Shown: in pieces, positions 49,258-59,778 of the stretch | Position numbering within the stretch: the stretch's first letter is position 1 | Layout: every line of letters begins with the position of its first letter | Source: Deltaproteobacteria bacterium | GTDB lineage: Bacteria > Myxococcota_A > Polyangia > Polyangiales > Houyiibacteriaceae | Length of the DNA stretch: 64,000 nucleotides | Direction of reading: 5' to 3' | NCBI GenBank assembly: GCA_034670305.1 | Contig: JAXMNT010000018.1 | Span: 64,001 to 128,000, forward strand | Translations under genes and position numbers: made by a program | Notes under the pieces: generated by a model | Told to the model about the DNA's origin: nothing | Databases searched by the model: none | What the model saw: the letters and a program-made list of their open reading frames with translations, nothing else

Positions 49258-50475
49258 TCACCGGTGGTGCGCCCATGAGAGGCCGACGAGGAGGCCGACG
49301 CGCGGACCGATCTGTCCAGTGACGCGTCGCTCGTCTGCGCGGGCGTCGACGCCGAGGATGGAGGCGCCGACCTCGGGCGCGACGAGGATCCACGTGCGGC
49401 CGACTTGGAACCGGAACCGCGCGTCGAGCACGACGGTGAGCTGCGGCGCGTCCAAGGTGCCGCCGACCACCCCTTCGGCGCTCGGCGATCCGCGCGCGCG
49501 CAAGAAGCCCGCGTCCACACGCAGGCCGACCGCGCGCGATCGGGTGGCGGTTTCGCTCGCGTACCGGAGCGCCGCAGCGGCGACGATGCCGCCGACCCAC
49601 ACGTCGCCGAGATCGTCCGGCGCCCATCCGGTGATGCCCGCGAGCTCGACGCCGATGCGCAACGAGGCGCCGATCGGTGCGGAGAAACCGAGGCGGAGCT
49701 CGGCCGCCGCGTACGACGCGACGGGGTAGAGGTGGATGCCGAGCGCGACGTCGAAGAAGCGGGCGGGTTCGACCTCTTCGTCTCCGCCCGAGGGAACCGA
49801 GCCGGCGTTTCCGCGGCCGCGTACCTCTCGGCCCTGTGCGTCCTGGAACTGAGCGTCCCGGTCCTGTGCGTCCTGTGCGTCTCGGTCTTGTGCACCTCCG
49901 TCCTGTGGGTCGTGTGTGTCCGCTGCGCCCGGCCCCACGTCCGAGGTTCCCTCGCCACTTCCGTGCGCGGTTTCGACGGACGATGACGCGCCGAAACGTT
50001 GCCACCCTTCGCGGATGCGTTCGGAAAGCGCGACCGCGAGGATGCGAGGCTGATCAGGGGAGGGCGGTCCGACCTCGAGCACCCCGTCGATGGATTGGCC
50101 CGTGCCTCCGTGGACCAACGTGAACTCGGCCAACGAGGACGTGTGCATGCCCGACTCGCAGTACACGACGAACCGGAGGTCTGCGTGTTCGGGACCGGCG
50201 GATGCGATGCGGTCCTCGAATCGGCTGTCGCCTTCGACCAGGTCGCCGCCCATGGTGCGCAGTTCCACGCGCAGCGCGTGGGTGAGCGCCGCCAGATCGA
50301 TCGCCCCGCCACACGCCATCCCGAACAGACGCAGCTGTGCAGGCACCGCGCTGCTGGCTGCACCCGGTGGCACCGCATGCCTCGCTGGCACCGCGCCGTT
50401 CTGTGCGCGCGCCGGTGAAGGGGCCACGATCGGACACAAGAGCAGCGAGAGCACGCACGACACGCGACACAGCAC
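49258..50475 (-). CDS. exported hypothetical protein downstream of FecR (start uncertain)
   Basis: Signal-like segment ending ARA-Q; beta-strand-rich C-terminus. Confidence 0.6.
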   Translation of the reverse strand: MLCRVSCVLSLLLCPIVAPSPARAQNGAVPARHAVPPGAASSAVPAQLRLFGMACGGAIDLAALTHALRVELRTMGGDLVEGDSRFEDRIASAGPEHADLRFVVYCESGMHTSSLAEFTLVHGGTGQSIDGVLEVGPPSPDQPRILAVALSERIREGWQRFGASSSVETAHGSGEGTSDVGPGAADTHDPQDGGAQDRDAQDAQDRDAQFQDAQGREVRGRGNAGSVPSGGDEEVEPARFFDVALGIHLYPVASYAAAELRLGFSAPIGASLRIGVELAGITGWAPDDLGDVWVGGIVAAAALRYASETATRSRAVGLRVDAGFLRARGSPSAEGVVGGTLDAPQLTVVLDARFRFQVGRTWILVAPEVGASILGVDARADERRVTGQIGPRVGLLVGLSWAHHR

Positions 50476-50482
50476 GCGGCGG

Positions 50483-51718
50483 TCAGTCCGGAGAATCGTC
50501 CTCGGGTCCTTCCATCGTGCCGAGCCTATCCGGGAACCGGCGGGCCTGTTCCCGCTGGAGTGCGTCCACTCGGTCGGCATGACCGGCGCGGCGGTGGGCT
50601 TCGATCAACCGGGAGAGCAGCGCGGCCTGCAATCGATCGGGCACCCGGAGCGTGCGGGCTTCTTCCAGCCAGCGCACCGCGTGCGAGGGTTGGTCGAGCG
50701 CGTCGAGGTGGAGCCGTCCGAGCGTGAACGCGGCGAGACCCGCGCGCGCATCGGTCTCGTGCTCTTCCACGATCCGGGAGAGCGGCTCGACCGCGAGACG
50801 GGGGTGGCCGCTGAGCCGCGCGGTGTCGCTGAGCGAGAAGAGCTCTTCCACCGACGCGGGCCCACGGCTGCGACGCGCGAGTTCGTCCGCGCCGAGCGAC
50901 TCGAACGCCCGGTTGTAGTCGCCGCGCTCCGCGAAGCGGTGCCATGGCTCGCGCGCGGCCTGTCGTGGCAGCTCGTCGCCAAGTCGCGGCGACATCTCGT
51001 CCCCGATCTCTGGGCGGCCGCCTTCCAGCTCGACGACGTCTGGGTCGAGCGCCTCTGGGTTCCGGAGGTGGGGGGCTGCTTCCAACGCGTCCCGGGCGTC
51101 TTGGCCTGCAACCGAGTCTCCGCTCCGCGCGGCCTCCACGACGACGGAGTCGCCCGCCCGCAGTGTGCGCATGCCGCCGGGTACCAGCGCACCATGCACC
51201 AGGACCACGCCGCGTTCGACCTCCACGCGGGTTCGGGACGGGTTGCGATCGACCGTGAACTTCGTGCCGACGACGTCGATCTCGACATCGCCGAGGTCGA
51301 TGGTCCAGCGCCGCGGGCCATGCGGCTGCACGTGGTAGGTCGCTTGCCCGTCGCCTTGCACCAGGCGCAACCGCGACGCGGTGTTCTCCACCGTCTCGAT
51401 GCGGGTACCCGCGGACAAAGAGAGCACCGACCCGTCGGCTAGCGGGAGCTCCTGGGGGCCAACCTCTGCGGTCAGAACGGAGCCGTTGGTGCGTTCGATC
51501 GGGCCGCCGGCGTGCGGCCAGCTGAGCCAGAGCACCAACACCGCGGCCGCGGCGACGGCGGCGAGCGGTGCGGCCCACCGGCGGACACGCGGGAGCCGCC
51601 GGGTCGCATGGACCCGGCGCCGCACCCGTTCGAGGGAGGCTTGATCGACCGGGTCGTCGAGCCACTCGGCCAGCGGTGCTCGTTCTGGAAGTCGCCGTGT
51701 GTCGAGCTCGGGCGTCAT
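50483..51718 (-). CDS. FecR-domain anti-sigma factor with TPR C-terminus
   Basis: TM segment, LADGSVLSL, VVGTKFTV, VEVERGVVLV; ATG overlaps the sigma stop. Confidence 0.85.
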   Translation of the reverse strand: MTPELDTRRLPERAPLAEWLDDPVDQASLERVRRRVHATRRLPRVRRWAAPLAAVAAAAVLVLWLSWPHAGGPIERTNGSVLTAEVGPQELPLADGSVLSLSAGTRIETVENTASRLRLVQGDGQATYHVQPHGPRRWTIDLGDVEIDVVGTKFTVDRNPSRTRVEVERGVVLVHGALVPGGMRTLRAGDSVVVEAARSGDSVAGQDARDALEAAPHLRNPEALDPDVVELEGGRPEIGDEMSPRLGDELPRQAAREPWHRFAERGDYNRAFESLGADELARRSRGPASVEELFSLSDTARLSGHPRLAVEPLSRIVEEHETDARAGLAAFTLGRLHLDALDQPSHAVRWLEEARTLRVPDRLQAALLSRLIEAHRRAGHADRVDALQREQARRFPDRLGTMEGPEDDSPD

Positions 51719-52338
51719 GTCTCTTCTCCTGCATCCACCTGGAGCACTCCGTCCATGGCGCGTTGGGCCGCGGCGATGCGGCGTTTGGCGGTGGCGAGCG
51801 AACAGCCGCAGATCGCACCGACCTCGGTCAGTCGATGGCCTTCGACGAACCGCAGCATCCACGCGATGCGCTGATCGGCCGGCAGCCGCTGCAACACGCC
51901 GTCGACGATGGCCAAGTCGGCCCGCATCTCGGGGCTCACCCGCGAAGACGCGAGCCGCTCCAGACTTCCATCGTCCGGCGCCGGCAAGAGCCCGAGCCGT
52001 CGGCGAAGCCGCCGCCGCCGAATGCACCGCCGCACCCGCACCACCGCGATGCGCATCAGCCACGGCCGAAACGCATCCGGATCCCGCAGCTGACCGAGCT
52101 TCTCGAACGCGGCGACGAAACTGTCGTGCAGGATGTCTTCGGTCTCTTGTTGGGAGCCCATCAGCCGGGTGATGAGCCCCGCCACGGGGCGCGCGTAGCG
52201 GCGGTAGAGCGCGTCCTCGGCCGCGACCTCGCGTTCGAGCGCACGGCGCACCAGGTCGCCATCGGCGATGGACACCACCTCGGCCCCGCCTCCAGGCGGA
52301 ACCGCGTGCAGCACATGTCTCCGTTTCGCATCGCCCAT
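51715..52338 (-). CDS. ECF RNA polymerase sigma factor
   Basis: EDILHDSFVAAF, FRPWLMRIAV, LRFVEGHRLTEVG, SLATAKRRI. Confidence 0.92.
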   Translation of the reverse strand: MGDAKRRHVLHAVPPGGGAEVVSIADGDLVRRALEREVAAEDALYRRYARPVAGLITRLMGSQQETEDILHDSFVAAFEKLGQLRDPDAFRPWLMRIAVVRVRRCIRRRRLRRRLGLLPAPDDGSLERLASSRVSPEMRADLAIVDGVLQRLPADQRIAWMLRFVEGHRLTEVGAICGCSLATAKRRIAAAQRAMDGVLQVDAGEET

Positions 52339-52527
52339 CCCAGGTCAGTTCCACGACGAGCCCAAACCGGCTCACCCCGCCCACCGATTGTCCGCCAAGA
52401 CCGCGCACCACGCAGCCCGCCGCCGATCGACCCCCGTTTCGACCGGCCAGGTGCGTATCCAGAGCCCAGCACGGTCATGGGTCCGCGCTCGGTTGCGCAA
52501 AACGGCTGGGATCGCGATGCTCTTGGC

Positions 52528-54198
52528 ATGACGAAGACTTGGGTGGGTGTTTTCGTCGTCTTTTTCGCGTGCGCGTGTGGGGATGACGACTCGACTGGGG
52601 ATGCGGGCGCGGACGGTTCCGTCGACACAGGGGGGACCGGCGACTGCGCCCGGACCTGCGACGACGGGCTCTTCTGCAACGGCAACGAACGCTGCGACCG
52701 TTCGTCACCGGACGCGGATGCGGACGGGTGTGTCGCCGGTGCCGCGGCCTGCGAAGGCGTCTGTGACGAGGCCGAAGACCGTTGTGAGACCGGTTGCGCA
52801 GACGCCGACGAAGACGGCGCCTTCGACATCGCCTGCGGCGGAGACGATTGCGACGACGCGGATCCGAACCGGTTCCCTGAGAACGTAGAGATCTGCGATG
52901 CGGCCGGCTTCGACGAGGACTGCGACCCGACCACGCTCGGGGACGACGCCGATGGGGACGGATTCGTCGACGACGAGTGCTGCAACGGCGACGAGTGCGG
53001 CACCGACTGCGACGACACCCGCGCGGGCGTGAACCCGTCGGCGGCGGACGGCTGCGGTGGTGGCGACGAGGACTGCGACGGCGACTTCGACGAAGAGCCG
53101 GACTCGGTCTTCTTTCGAGACCAAGACGACGACACCTACGGCGACGACGACGACACGGTGAACGCGTGCGCACTCCCGATGGGATACGCCGCTCGCGGCG
53201 GCGACTGCTCGGACGACCCGTTCATGGACCCAGAGGCGTTCGAGGTGCATCCGGGTGTGATCGAGATCTGCAACCTGACCGACGACGACTGCGACCTCTC
53301 GATCGACGAAGGGCTCACCTGCGACTGCGACGAGCCTGGGATGGAACAGGCCTGCGGGTTCGACCCAACGTTGGACGGCATCGGGATCTGCCGGCTCGGC
53401 ACCCAGACCTGTCTCCCGGAAGGCAGCTTCTCCACGTGCGCGGGTGCGACGCCGCCCCTCGAGGACGAGGTCTGCAACCTGGACGACGACGACTGCGACG
53501 GCGTCGTGGACGAGGGCGCGGTGGTGACCTGCTTCGACGACCCGGACGGCGACGGGTTCGCCGTGCGGGGTGCCGCTTCCAACGACGAGTGCGCGTGCCC
53601 CGTCGGCACCACTTCGGTCAACCCAGCCGACAGCGAGGATTGCGACGAAGGAAACGCATCGGTTCACCCCGGAGCCACCGAGGTCTGCAACCGGATCGAC
53701 GACGACTGCAGCAGCGGCGGTGGCACGTTGACGGCCGAGGACCGGGACGACGACGGCCACACGGATGTGGACTACGTCGGCTGCACCGGCGGCTTCCCGG
53801 TGGACGATTGCAACGACTTCGACGGCCGCGTGTTCCCTGGGCAGACGATGTACTTCACGGTGCCGATCTGTTTGCCCACCCTCTGCGCCTGCGGCTCGGC
53901 CTGCAACCCGCGCGGACCGATCGGGACCTGTCCGATGTGCCCCTCGGGGGCCAACGGGAGCGTCGGGGGCACCTACGATTTCGACTGCAATGGGAGCCAG
54001 GACCCGCAGCCTTCGGCAGCCAGTTGTTCTTCGTGTATGCCCACCGATCCACCGACCGCGTGTCTCGGATCCGGGCCCAGCTACTCCACGGCCCCCCGCT
54101 GCGGCAACAACGTGAGTTGGCAGCACTGCGGAACCGGCGACTGCGGCGCGTGTTCCGGTGCCATGTCCCCCACCTTGCAACCGCTCCCCTGCCGCTGA
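52528..54198 (+). CDS. Asp/Cys-rich lipoprotein with MopE-like metal-binding repeats
   Basis: ACGDDD lipobox; DCDD..HPGA.EVCN..DDDC repeats. Confidence 0.82.
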   Translation: MTKTWVGVFVVFFACACGDDDSTGDAGADGSVDTGGTGDCARTCDDGLFCNGNERCDRSSPDADADGCVAGAAACEGVCDEAEDRCETGCADADEDGAFDIACGGDDCDDADPNRFPENVEICDAAGFDEDCDPTTLGDDADGDGFVDDECCNGDECGTDCDDTRAGVNPSAADGCGGGDEDCDGDFDEEPDSVFFRDQDDDTYGDDDDTVNACALPMGYAARGGDCSDDPFMDPEAFEVHPGVIEICNLTDDDCDLSIDEGLTCDCDEPGMEQACGFDPTLDGIGICRLGTQTCLPEGSFSTCAGATPPLEDEVCNLDDDDCDGVVDEGAVVTCFDDPDGDGFAVRGAASNDECACPVGTTSVNPADSEDCDEGNASVHPGATEVCNRIDDDCSSGGGTLTAEDRDDDGHTDVDYVGCTGGFPVDDCNDFDGRVFPGQTMYFTVPICLPTLCACGSACNPRGPIGTCPMCPSGANGSVGGTYDFDCNGSQDPQPSAASCSSCMPTDPPTACLGSGPSYSTAPRCGNNVSWQHCGTGDCGACSGAMSPTLQPLPCR

Positions 54199-54241
54199 CT
54201 CGTGCGCTCGATCGGGCGTCCGCCGCTGCTACGGTCACCCG

Positions 54242-55513
54242 ATGATGCGTTGCGCGCTTGGGTGGTCTCTCGTCTTGGCCCTGGTCGGGTGTGGGGACGA
54301 CGATGGGTCAGTTCTCGATGCGGGGAGCGACGCCACCGTGGATGCGGCCACGGGAGATGTTGGGATCCCGGAGGATGCTTCGACCGGTGACGCGTCCGAT
54401 GTGGACTCTGGCGTCGACGGCGGCGTGGATGCGGCGGTGGAAGTCGTGGCGCCCTGTCCGCGGGCGTTGCGCGACGACTCCGCGGCGCGGCACGTGGTGA
54501 TCGGACACCCGTTCGCGGCGGCGGGCGTCGATGGCACCGAGTACGAGGTGTTTGGCGTCGACGCCGAAACCGGCAACTTGGTCGATCTCGGGATCCGGTT
54601 CGACATGGGGACCGGCAGCGATGGGGAGATCGCGTTCACGCCAGACGGTGCGCTCGGATTCGTGGCGCAGAAAGACGGGACGGTCGGCGTGTTCACGCTC
54701 GACGATCTGGGCGACCCCGTGGTGATCGACGCCGCGTTCTCGGATGGGTTCTACGCGAGCGGGGTGGTGTTCGATCCAGCCGGGTACCTGTACGTGCTCG
54801 ACGCCCAGTTCCGGGAATCGGGCGGCGGCATTCATCGGGTGCCGATCGGTTGCGATGGGGAACTCGGCGCGGCGGAGCACCTGGTCCCGGCGCGGCTTGC
54901 GTACGGACTCCAGCTCGACGGTTCTCAGCAGGGCTGGCTCTTCAGCAAAGACGCGCTCGACGAACCGCTCGGCGACGATGTGCGCGAGGTCGACCTCACG
55001 ACACCGGAAGTGCGCGGCGGCCAGGACGCGTTCGTGGACGACGACTGGATCGGCGCGGGCTTCGCGGTGAACCTCGGCGGCAGCCATGCGTTCCTCGGCG
55101 ACAACGCCGCGTTCGGGGAGGGTGGCGATCGGGTCGCGGTGGTCAACCTCGCGGGGGGCGGGGTGCAGGGGCTGACGATCGAGGACCCGGTGTCGATCGC
55201 GGTCTCGCCGTTCGAGGATCGGGTGATCTTCGTGAGCGGGTTCGGCAACGCGATCTTCGAAGCGGCGTTCGACTCGGCGGCGGCCACGCCGGTCGGGGCG
55301 GCGACCGAGTTGAGTTACGTCGGTGCGCGGCCGGCGCTCCCGAGCGAAGCGGTGGTCATCGAGCGGGGCGCCCACATCGGCCTGACGTTTGTGGCGGAGA
55401 ACGTTTCGATCCGGCGGCTGCAGTTCTCGGAGGGCGCGGTGGTGGATCTGGGCGCGTTCGCGGTGGGCGAAGGCATCCCGGCCATCGTCGGCGCGATCGG
55501 CGTGCAGCCCTAA
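54242..55513 (+). CDS. lipoprotein, probable beta-propeller
   Basis: LVGCGDDD; IAFTPDG, VFDPAG, IAVSP repeats. Confidence 0.72.
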   Translation: MMRCALGWSLVLALVGCGDDDGSVLDAGSDATVDAATGDVGIPEDASTGDASDVDSGVDGGVDAAVEVVAPCPRALRDDSAARHVVIGHPFAAAGVDGTEYEVFGVDAETGNLVDLGIRFDMGTGSDGEIAFTPDGALGFVAQKDGTVGVFTLDDLGDPVVIDAAFSDGFYASGVVFDPAGYLYVLDAQFRESGGGIHRVPIGCDGELGAAEHLVPARLAYGLQLDGSQQGWLFSKDALDEPLGDDVREVDLTTPEVRGGQDAFVDDDWIGAGFAVNLGGSHAFLGDNAAFGEGGDRVAVVNLAGGGVQGLTIEDPVSIAVSPFEDRVIFVSGFGNAIFEAAFDSAAATPVGAATELSYVGARPALPSEAVVIERGAHIGLTFVAENVSIRRLQFSEGAVVDLGAFAVGEGIPAIVGAIGVQP

Positions 55514-55617
55514 GAGCGACCGCTCGCCTGGAGCACGGATGCACGCCGCACATCGGCGTTGTGCGCTGTGACATCGCACAGGTGCTGAACCGAACCGTGT
55601 CGGGCACACTGCGCGGC

Positions 55618-56916
55618 ATGACCGACTTCCCGATGAAACGTCGCCGCTTCGTAGGCGGTGGTCTGGCGACCTTGGCGAGCGCACTCGCCGCTCCTTCGTT
55701 CGGCTGCGGCGACGACGACGCGCCGCTCCCCGACGTGGGCATGAGCGACGGCGGCATGGAAGCGGATGCGAGCATCTTCGACGCCGGCACCGACGCCGGG
55801 CCGACGATGTTTCGGGAGCGGACCATCCCCGCCGCGCCGCCGCTCCGATCGCTCATCGGCGACGTGGGTGCGCTCGGCGAACCGGACGCGCTCGGCATCC
55901 GGCTTCCGCCCGGCTTCACGTCCAAGCTCATTGCGTCGAGCGGCGCGATGGTCGAAGGCACCTCGCACACTTGGCACCAGTTCCCGGACGGTGGCGCGAC
56001 CTTCCGGACCGAAGACCTCGGCTGGATCTACACCTCGAACTCCGAGATGCCGCTCGTCGGTGGCGTGGGTGCGGTTCGGTTCGATGCGGACGGTGCGCTC
56101 GTCGACGCCTATCCGATCCTCACGCGCTCCAACGTCAACTGTGCGGGCGGGCCGACGCCCTGGCACACGTGGCTCTCGGGCGAAGAGGTCACCCAAGGGC
56201 GCGTGTTCGAATGCGACCCTTGGGGCGAGCAGACCGCCGCGGTTCGTCCGGCGCTCGGGGTCTTCAAACACGAAGCGGTCGCGGTCGATCCGATCCGAAA
56301 CCACCTCTACCTGACCGAAGACGACTCCACCGGCGGGTTCTACCGCTACGTCCCAGCCGGGATGACGCCGCTTGGTTTTCCGGATCTGACGACAGGCCGG
56401 CTCGAGATCGCCATTGTGGACGGTGAAGGACACGTGACCTGGGCGGAGGTCCCCGACCCGACTCGGAGCGGCGGCGTCGACACCCAGTCGCAGGTCGCGG
56501 AGAGCACCGCGTTCAGTGGCGGCGAAGGCATCTGGTTCCACGACGAAGTGATCTACTTCACCACCAAGGGCGACACTCGGGTGTGGGCGTACGCGGTCGA
56601 CACCTCGATGTTGACCGTGCTCTACGACGGCCGGGCGGTGATGGACCCGCCCCTGACCGGCGTCGACAACCTCGTGGTCTCGTGCTGCGGGGATGTGCTC
56701 GTCGCGGAGGACGGAGGCTCGATGCAGATCGTCACCATCCTCCCGGACGGAGAGCTCGTGCCCATGCTCCAGGTCGTCGGCCAAGACCGTTCGGAGATCA
56801 CCGGACCGGCGTTCGATCCCAGCGGCACCCGGCTCTACTTCAGCTCGCAGCGCGGCGGCGAAGAAGGCCGCGGCCTGACCTACGAAATCACCGGCCCCTT
56901 CCACGAACCCGCCTGA
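55618..56916 (+). CDS. phoX: PhoX-family alkaline phosphatase (Tat lipoprotein)
   Basis: KRRRF Tat motif; PDGG, SNSE, NCAGGPTPW, FKHEA, GGEG, DN, AEDG, SEITGP. Confidence 0.88.
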   Translation: MTDFPMKRRRFVGGGLATLASALAAPSFGCGDDDAPLPDVGMSDGGMEADASIFDAGTDAGPTMFRERTIPAAPPLRSLIGDVGALGEPDALGIRLPPGFTSKLIASSGAMVEGTSHTWHQFPDGGATFRTEDLGWIYTSNSEMPLVGGVGAVRFDADGALVDAYPILTRSNVNCAGGPTPWHTWLSGEEVTQGRVFECDPWGEQTAAVRPALGVFKHEAVAVDPIRNHLYLTEDDSTGGFYRYVPAGMTPLGFPDLTTGRLEIAIVDGEGHVTWAEVPDPTRSGGVDTQSQVAESTAFSGGEGIWFHDEVIYFTTKGDTRVWAYAVDTSMLTVLYDGRAVMDPPLTGVDNLVVSCCGDVLVAEDGGSMQIVTILPDGELVPMLQVVGQDRSEITGPAFDPSGTRLYFSSQRGGEEGRGLTYEITGPFHEPA

Positions 56917-57138
56917 GGCCGTTCTCCAACGGGGCCGTTGGCGGCCGACCACAAGTGTGGCGGGTGTGCCGCGATCTGTTTGCGCTCGTGAACCTCGGTT
57001 CACGGCTCGTGACCAGCCTGCGCGACCCAGAAACGGCGGGTGGAGGGGCGTTTGGAGACTTTCTCGGACGATTTGCCGCTTGGGCCTACTCTGGAGGCCT
57101 TGGCACGGATCGTGGATCGTTGTGCCCCACCAGAGGAC

Positions 57139-58119
57139 ATGATGCGCCACCTTTTCCTGCTCTCCACTCTCTCTCTCGCCACCCTCGTGGGTGTCTCCGG
57201 CTGTTCGTCGGAGGAGTATTACTGCGACGAATCCGGCTGTTACTTCTGCGATGGCCTCGGCTGTCGAGAAGTCGACCCGCCGGACCGTCCCATGTGCCGC
57301 GGGGACTTCGAATGCCCCGAAGGGTCCATCTGCACCGACCTCGGTTGCGTGGACGAATGCGCGGGCGACGCGGACTGTCCCGACGGCACCGTGTGCCGCT
57401 CCGGGGTGTGTGTCGGCCCGACCGAACCGGACCCGGACCCGAACCCGGGCGTGTGTGAGCGCAACGCGGACTGCGACGCAGGACTCGTTTGCCGCGACGG
57501 CGTCTGCACCCCGGACGATGTCTCGTGCGGTGAGACCGGCTGCAGCTGCGAAGCGACCGGCATGTGCTCGGACGGGTTCACCTGCCTCGACGGCGAGTGC
57601 CGCGAGGACGAAGACGTGTGCCGTTTCAACACCGAGTGTGGTGGCGACGGACGCATCTGTCTGGACGGACGCTGCACCACCGGATGCGAGACCTCGGCCG
57701 AATGTGTCGGCGGACAAATCTGCGTCGACAACTTCTGCCAGGACGACACCGCGCCTGTTCCCGAGTGTGTCCGCAACGAGACCTGCGACGCTGGCGAAGT
57801 CTGCGAAGACGGACGCTGCGTGGCCGAGTGCGACCGGGACGCGGACTGTGGCGACGGCCTGTACTGCCGCAGCGGACGTTGCGCGGTGGACGACCGACCG
57901 CGGCCCTTCTGTGAGTCCGACGCCGACTGCCGCTTCGCTTGTGTGAACGGCGTCTGCCGAACGCCCTGCGAGACGAGCCGCATGTGTGCCGAAGTCGACG
58001 TTCAGTTCAGCGTCTGCTTCGAGGACTACTGCGCGACCGCCAACGAAGCGACCAGCGACTGCTCCATCTCCGCCGATTGTGCGAGCGGGCGGGAATGCAT
58101 CGACGGCATCTGCCGTTGA
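57139..58119 (+). CDS. Cys-rich repeat lipoprotein
   Basis: Lipobox VSGC; C..D.DC..G..C..G.C repeats; SD GAGGA. Confidence 0.82.
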   Translation: MMRHLFLLSTLSLATLVGVSGCSSEEYYCDESGCYFCDGLGCREVDPPDRPMCRGDFECPEGSICTDLGCVDECAGDADCPDGTVCRSGVCVGPTEPDPDPNPGVCERNADCDAGLVCRDGVCTPDDVSCGETGCSCEATGMCSDGFTCLDGECREDEDVCRFNTECGGDGRICLDGRCTTGCETSAECVGGQICVDNFCQDDTAPVPECVRNETCDAGEVCEDGRCVAECDRDADCGDGLYCRSGRCAVDDRPRPFCESDADCRFACVNGVCRTPCETSRMCAEVDVQFSVCFEDYCATANEATSDCSISADCASGRECIDGICR

Positions 58120-58196
58120 CCCACTGACTGACTGATAGGCGGCCGACCACCCACCACCCAGACCGGCCGTCTCCGAACCATCCAACCACCACCCAG

Positions 58197-58230
58197 AACG
58201 CCGGGGCCTCACCGCCCCGGCGTTTTTTAT
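58197..58230 (+). terminator. intrinsic terminator
   Basis: AACGCCGGGGC-ctcacc-GCCCCGGCGTT followed by TTTT. Confidence 0.88.
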
Positions 58231-58366
58231 TCCGTCGCCTGCCTGCCGCGGAGACCGGCGGTCCGGAGTCACGCATCGCTGGGTTCAAGGACTTGCCGCC
58301 GTGGTTTCCGAAGACAGGGCTCCGATTTCGGGTAGATTCCCTCCAGTGTCGGGTCTGTACGAGTGG

Positions 58367-58981
58367 ATGAAGTCGAGGTTGGCCACATCGGTCTGTGTCG
58401 TGTTGGCGGGGTGTGCCACCGCGCAGCGAGCGCCGGATCCGGCCCCCACGCTCGAAGCGTACGCGGCGGCGGTCCGCGCCGGAGATGCGGCGGCGTTGCA
58501 CGCGCTCCTCGACGAAGAGACCCGAGCCGCGGTGGACGAGGCGCGGCTCGCCGAACTGCTCACCGAGAACCAGGCGGAGCTCCGCGAACAGCTGGATTCG
58601 GTGCCGACGCAGCGGCTCGAGACCCGCGCGGTGGTCGAGCTGCCTACGGGCGACGCCGCGGTGCTCTCGCTCGAAGATCAGCAGTGGCGCATCGACGGCG
58701 GCCTGCTTGGAACCCCGGCGCTCCTCACCCCGGTGGATGCGGTGCGGGCCCTTCGGCGCGCGCTCCTGCGGCGGGGGTTGAGCGACGTGTTGGCGGTCTT
58801 CGGACGCAGTCTGCGGGGAGAGGTCGAGGCCGAGGTGCAGCGTTTCCTCGAAGAGACGGCCGACGAGCTCGACTACGACACCGAGATCCAAGGCCACGCC
58901 GCGACAGTGCGGACGAGCGGCGGCCGGGTGGTGCGGCTCACCCGGGAAGCCGGCGAGTGGCGTGTGGTCGACTTCGAGTAG
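58367..58981 (+). CDS. hypothetical lipoprotein
   Basis: Lipobox LAGC; alternative start GTG 58346. Confidence 0.72.
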   Translation: MKSRLATSVCVVLAGCATAQRAPDPAPTLEAYAAAVRAGDAAALHALLDEETRAAVDEARLAELLTENQAELREQLDSVPTQRLETRAVVELPTGDAAVLSLEDQQWRIDGGLLGTPALLTPVDAVRALRRALLRRGLSDVLAVFGRSLRGEVEAEVQRFLEETADELDYDTEIQGHAATVRTSGGRVVRLTREAGEWRVVDFE

Positions 58982-58983
58982 CG

Positions 58984-59685
58984 ATGAAGAGCATCTCCGA
59001 CGACCAAGCCGACATCTACTTCACCCGCGCGGAGGCCTACGACGCGCTGGTCTCGGCCGAGGACGCAGACGGGCTCTTGGCAGAGGCGCTTCGCTCGAAG
59101 TTGCCGGCCGGCGTCATCGCCGATGTGGGCGCGGGGACCGGCCGGGTCACGCGGTTGCTCGCCGGTCACGCGACCCATTCGATCTTGCTGGAGCGCGCGG
59201 CGCCGATGCTCGAGGTGGCGAAGGAACGGCTTCGGCCGCTCGGCCTCTCGTTCGAGACCCACGTGGCGGATGCGAGGGCGCTCCCCCTCGACGACCAGTG
59301 CACCGACGCCGCGGTCGCCGGTTGGGTGTTCGGTCACTTCCGGCACTGGATGCCCGACGGGTGGCGCGAAGAGGTCGACCAGGCCCTCGCGGAGATGCAC
59401 CGCGTGGTGCGGGCGGGTCCGCTCGGACGGCCAGAGCTCGTGATCGAGACCCTCGGGACCGGCCACGAGACGCCCCGCACCCACGAAGCCTTGGACGAGT
59501 ACTTCGGGTACCTCGAGTCGCTCGGATTCGAGCGCACGTGGGTCCGCACCGACTACGTGTTCGAAGACGTCGAGACCGCTGCACAGACGCTCGGTGGGTT
59601 CTTTGGCGAGACGATGGCCGAGAGGATCCGCGACAACGGTTGGGCCCGGGTGCCGGAGTGCACGGGGCTCTGGTGGCGGGCGTAG
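58984..59685 (+). CDS. class I SAM-dependent methyltransferase
   Basis: ADVGAGTG, ADARALPL. Confidence 0.9.
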   Translation: MKSISDDQADIYFTRAEAYDALVSAEDADGLLAEALRSKLPAGVIADVGAGTGRVTRLLAGHATHSILLERAAPMLEVAKERLRPLGLSFETHVADARALPLDDQCTDAAVAGWVFGHFRHWMPDGWREEVDQALAEMHRVVRAGPLGRPELVIETLGTGHETPRTHEALDEYFGYLESLGFERTWVRTDYVFEDVETAAQTLGGFFGETMAERIRDNGWARVPECTGLWWRA

Positions 59686-59778
59686 CGAAGTCGGGTGCCG
59701 AACGCCGACGCCGAACGCCGATGCCCGCTGACCGCTGAGAAGTCTCCGCGCTCGGTCTGCACGCGATAACCTCGCGTC

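Noticed and set aside
55560-55600. Pho box upstream of phoX
   Set aside because: Only one weak half-site-like sequence; no convincing 11-bp direct repeat
57101-57116. sigma54 promoter TGGCACGGATCGTGGA (also GGGCACGCTCCTCCAT at 13746)
   Set aside because: Good -24 element but no GC at -12; left uncalled although possibly functional
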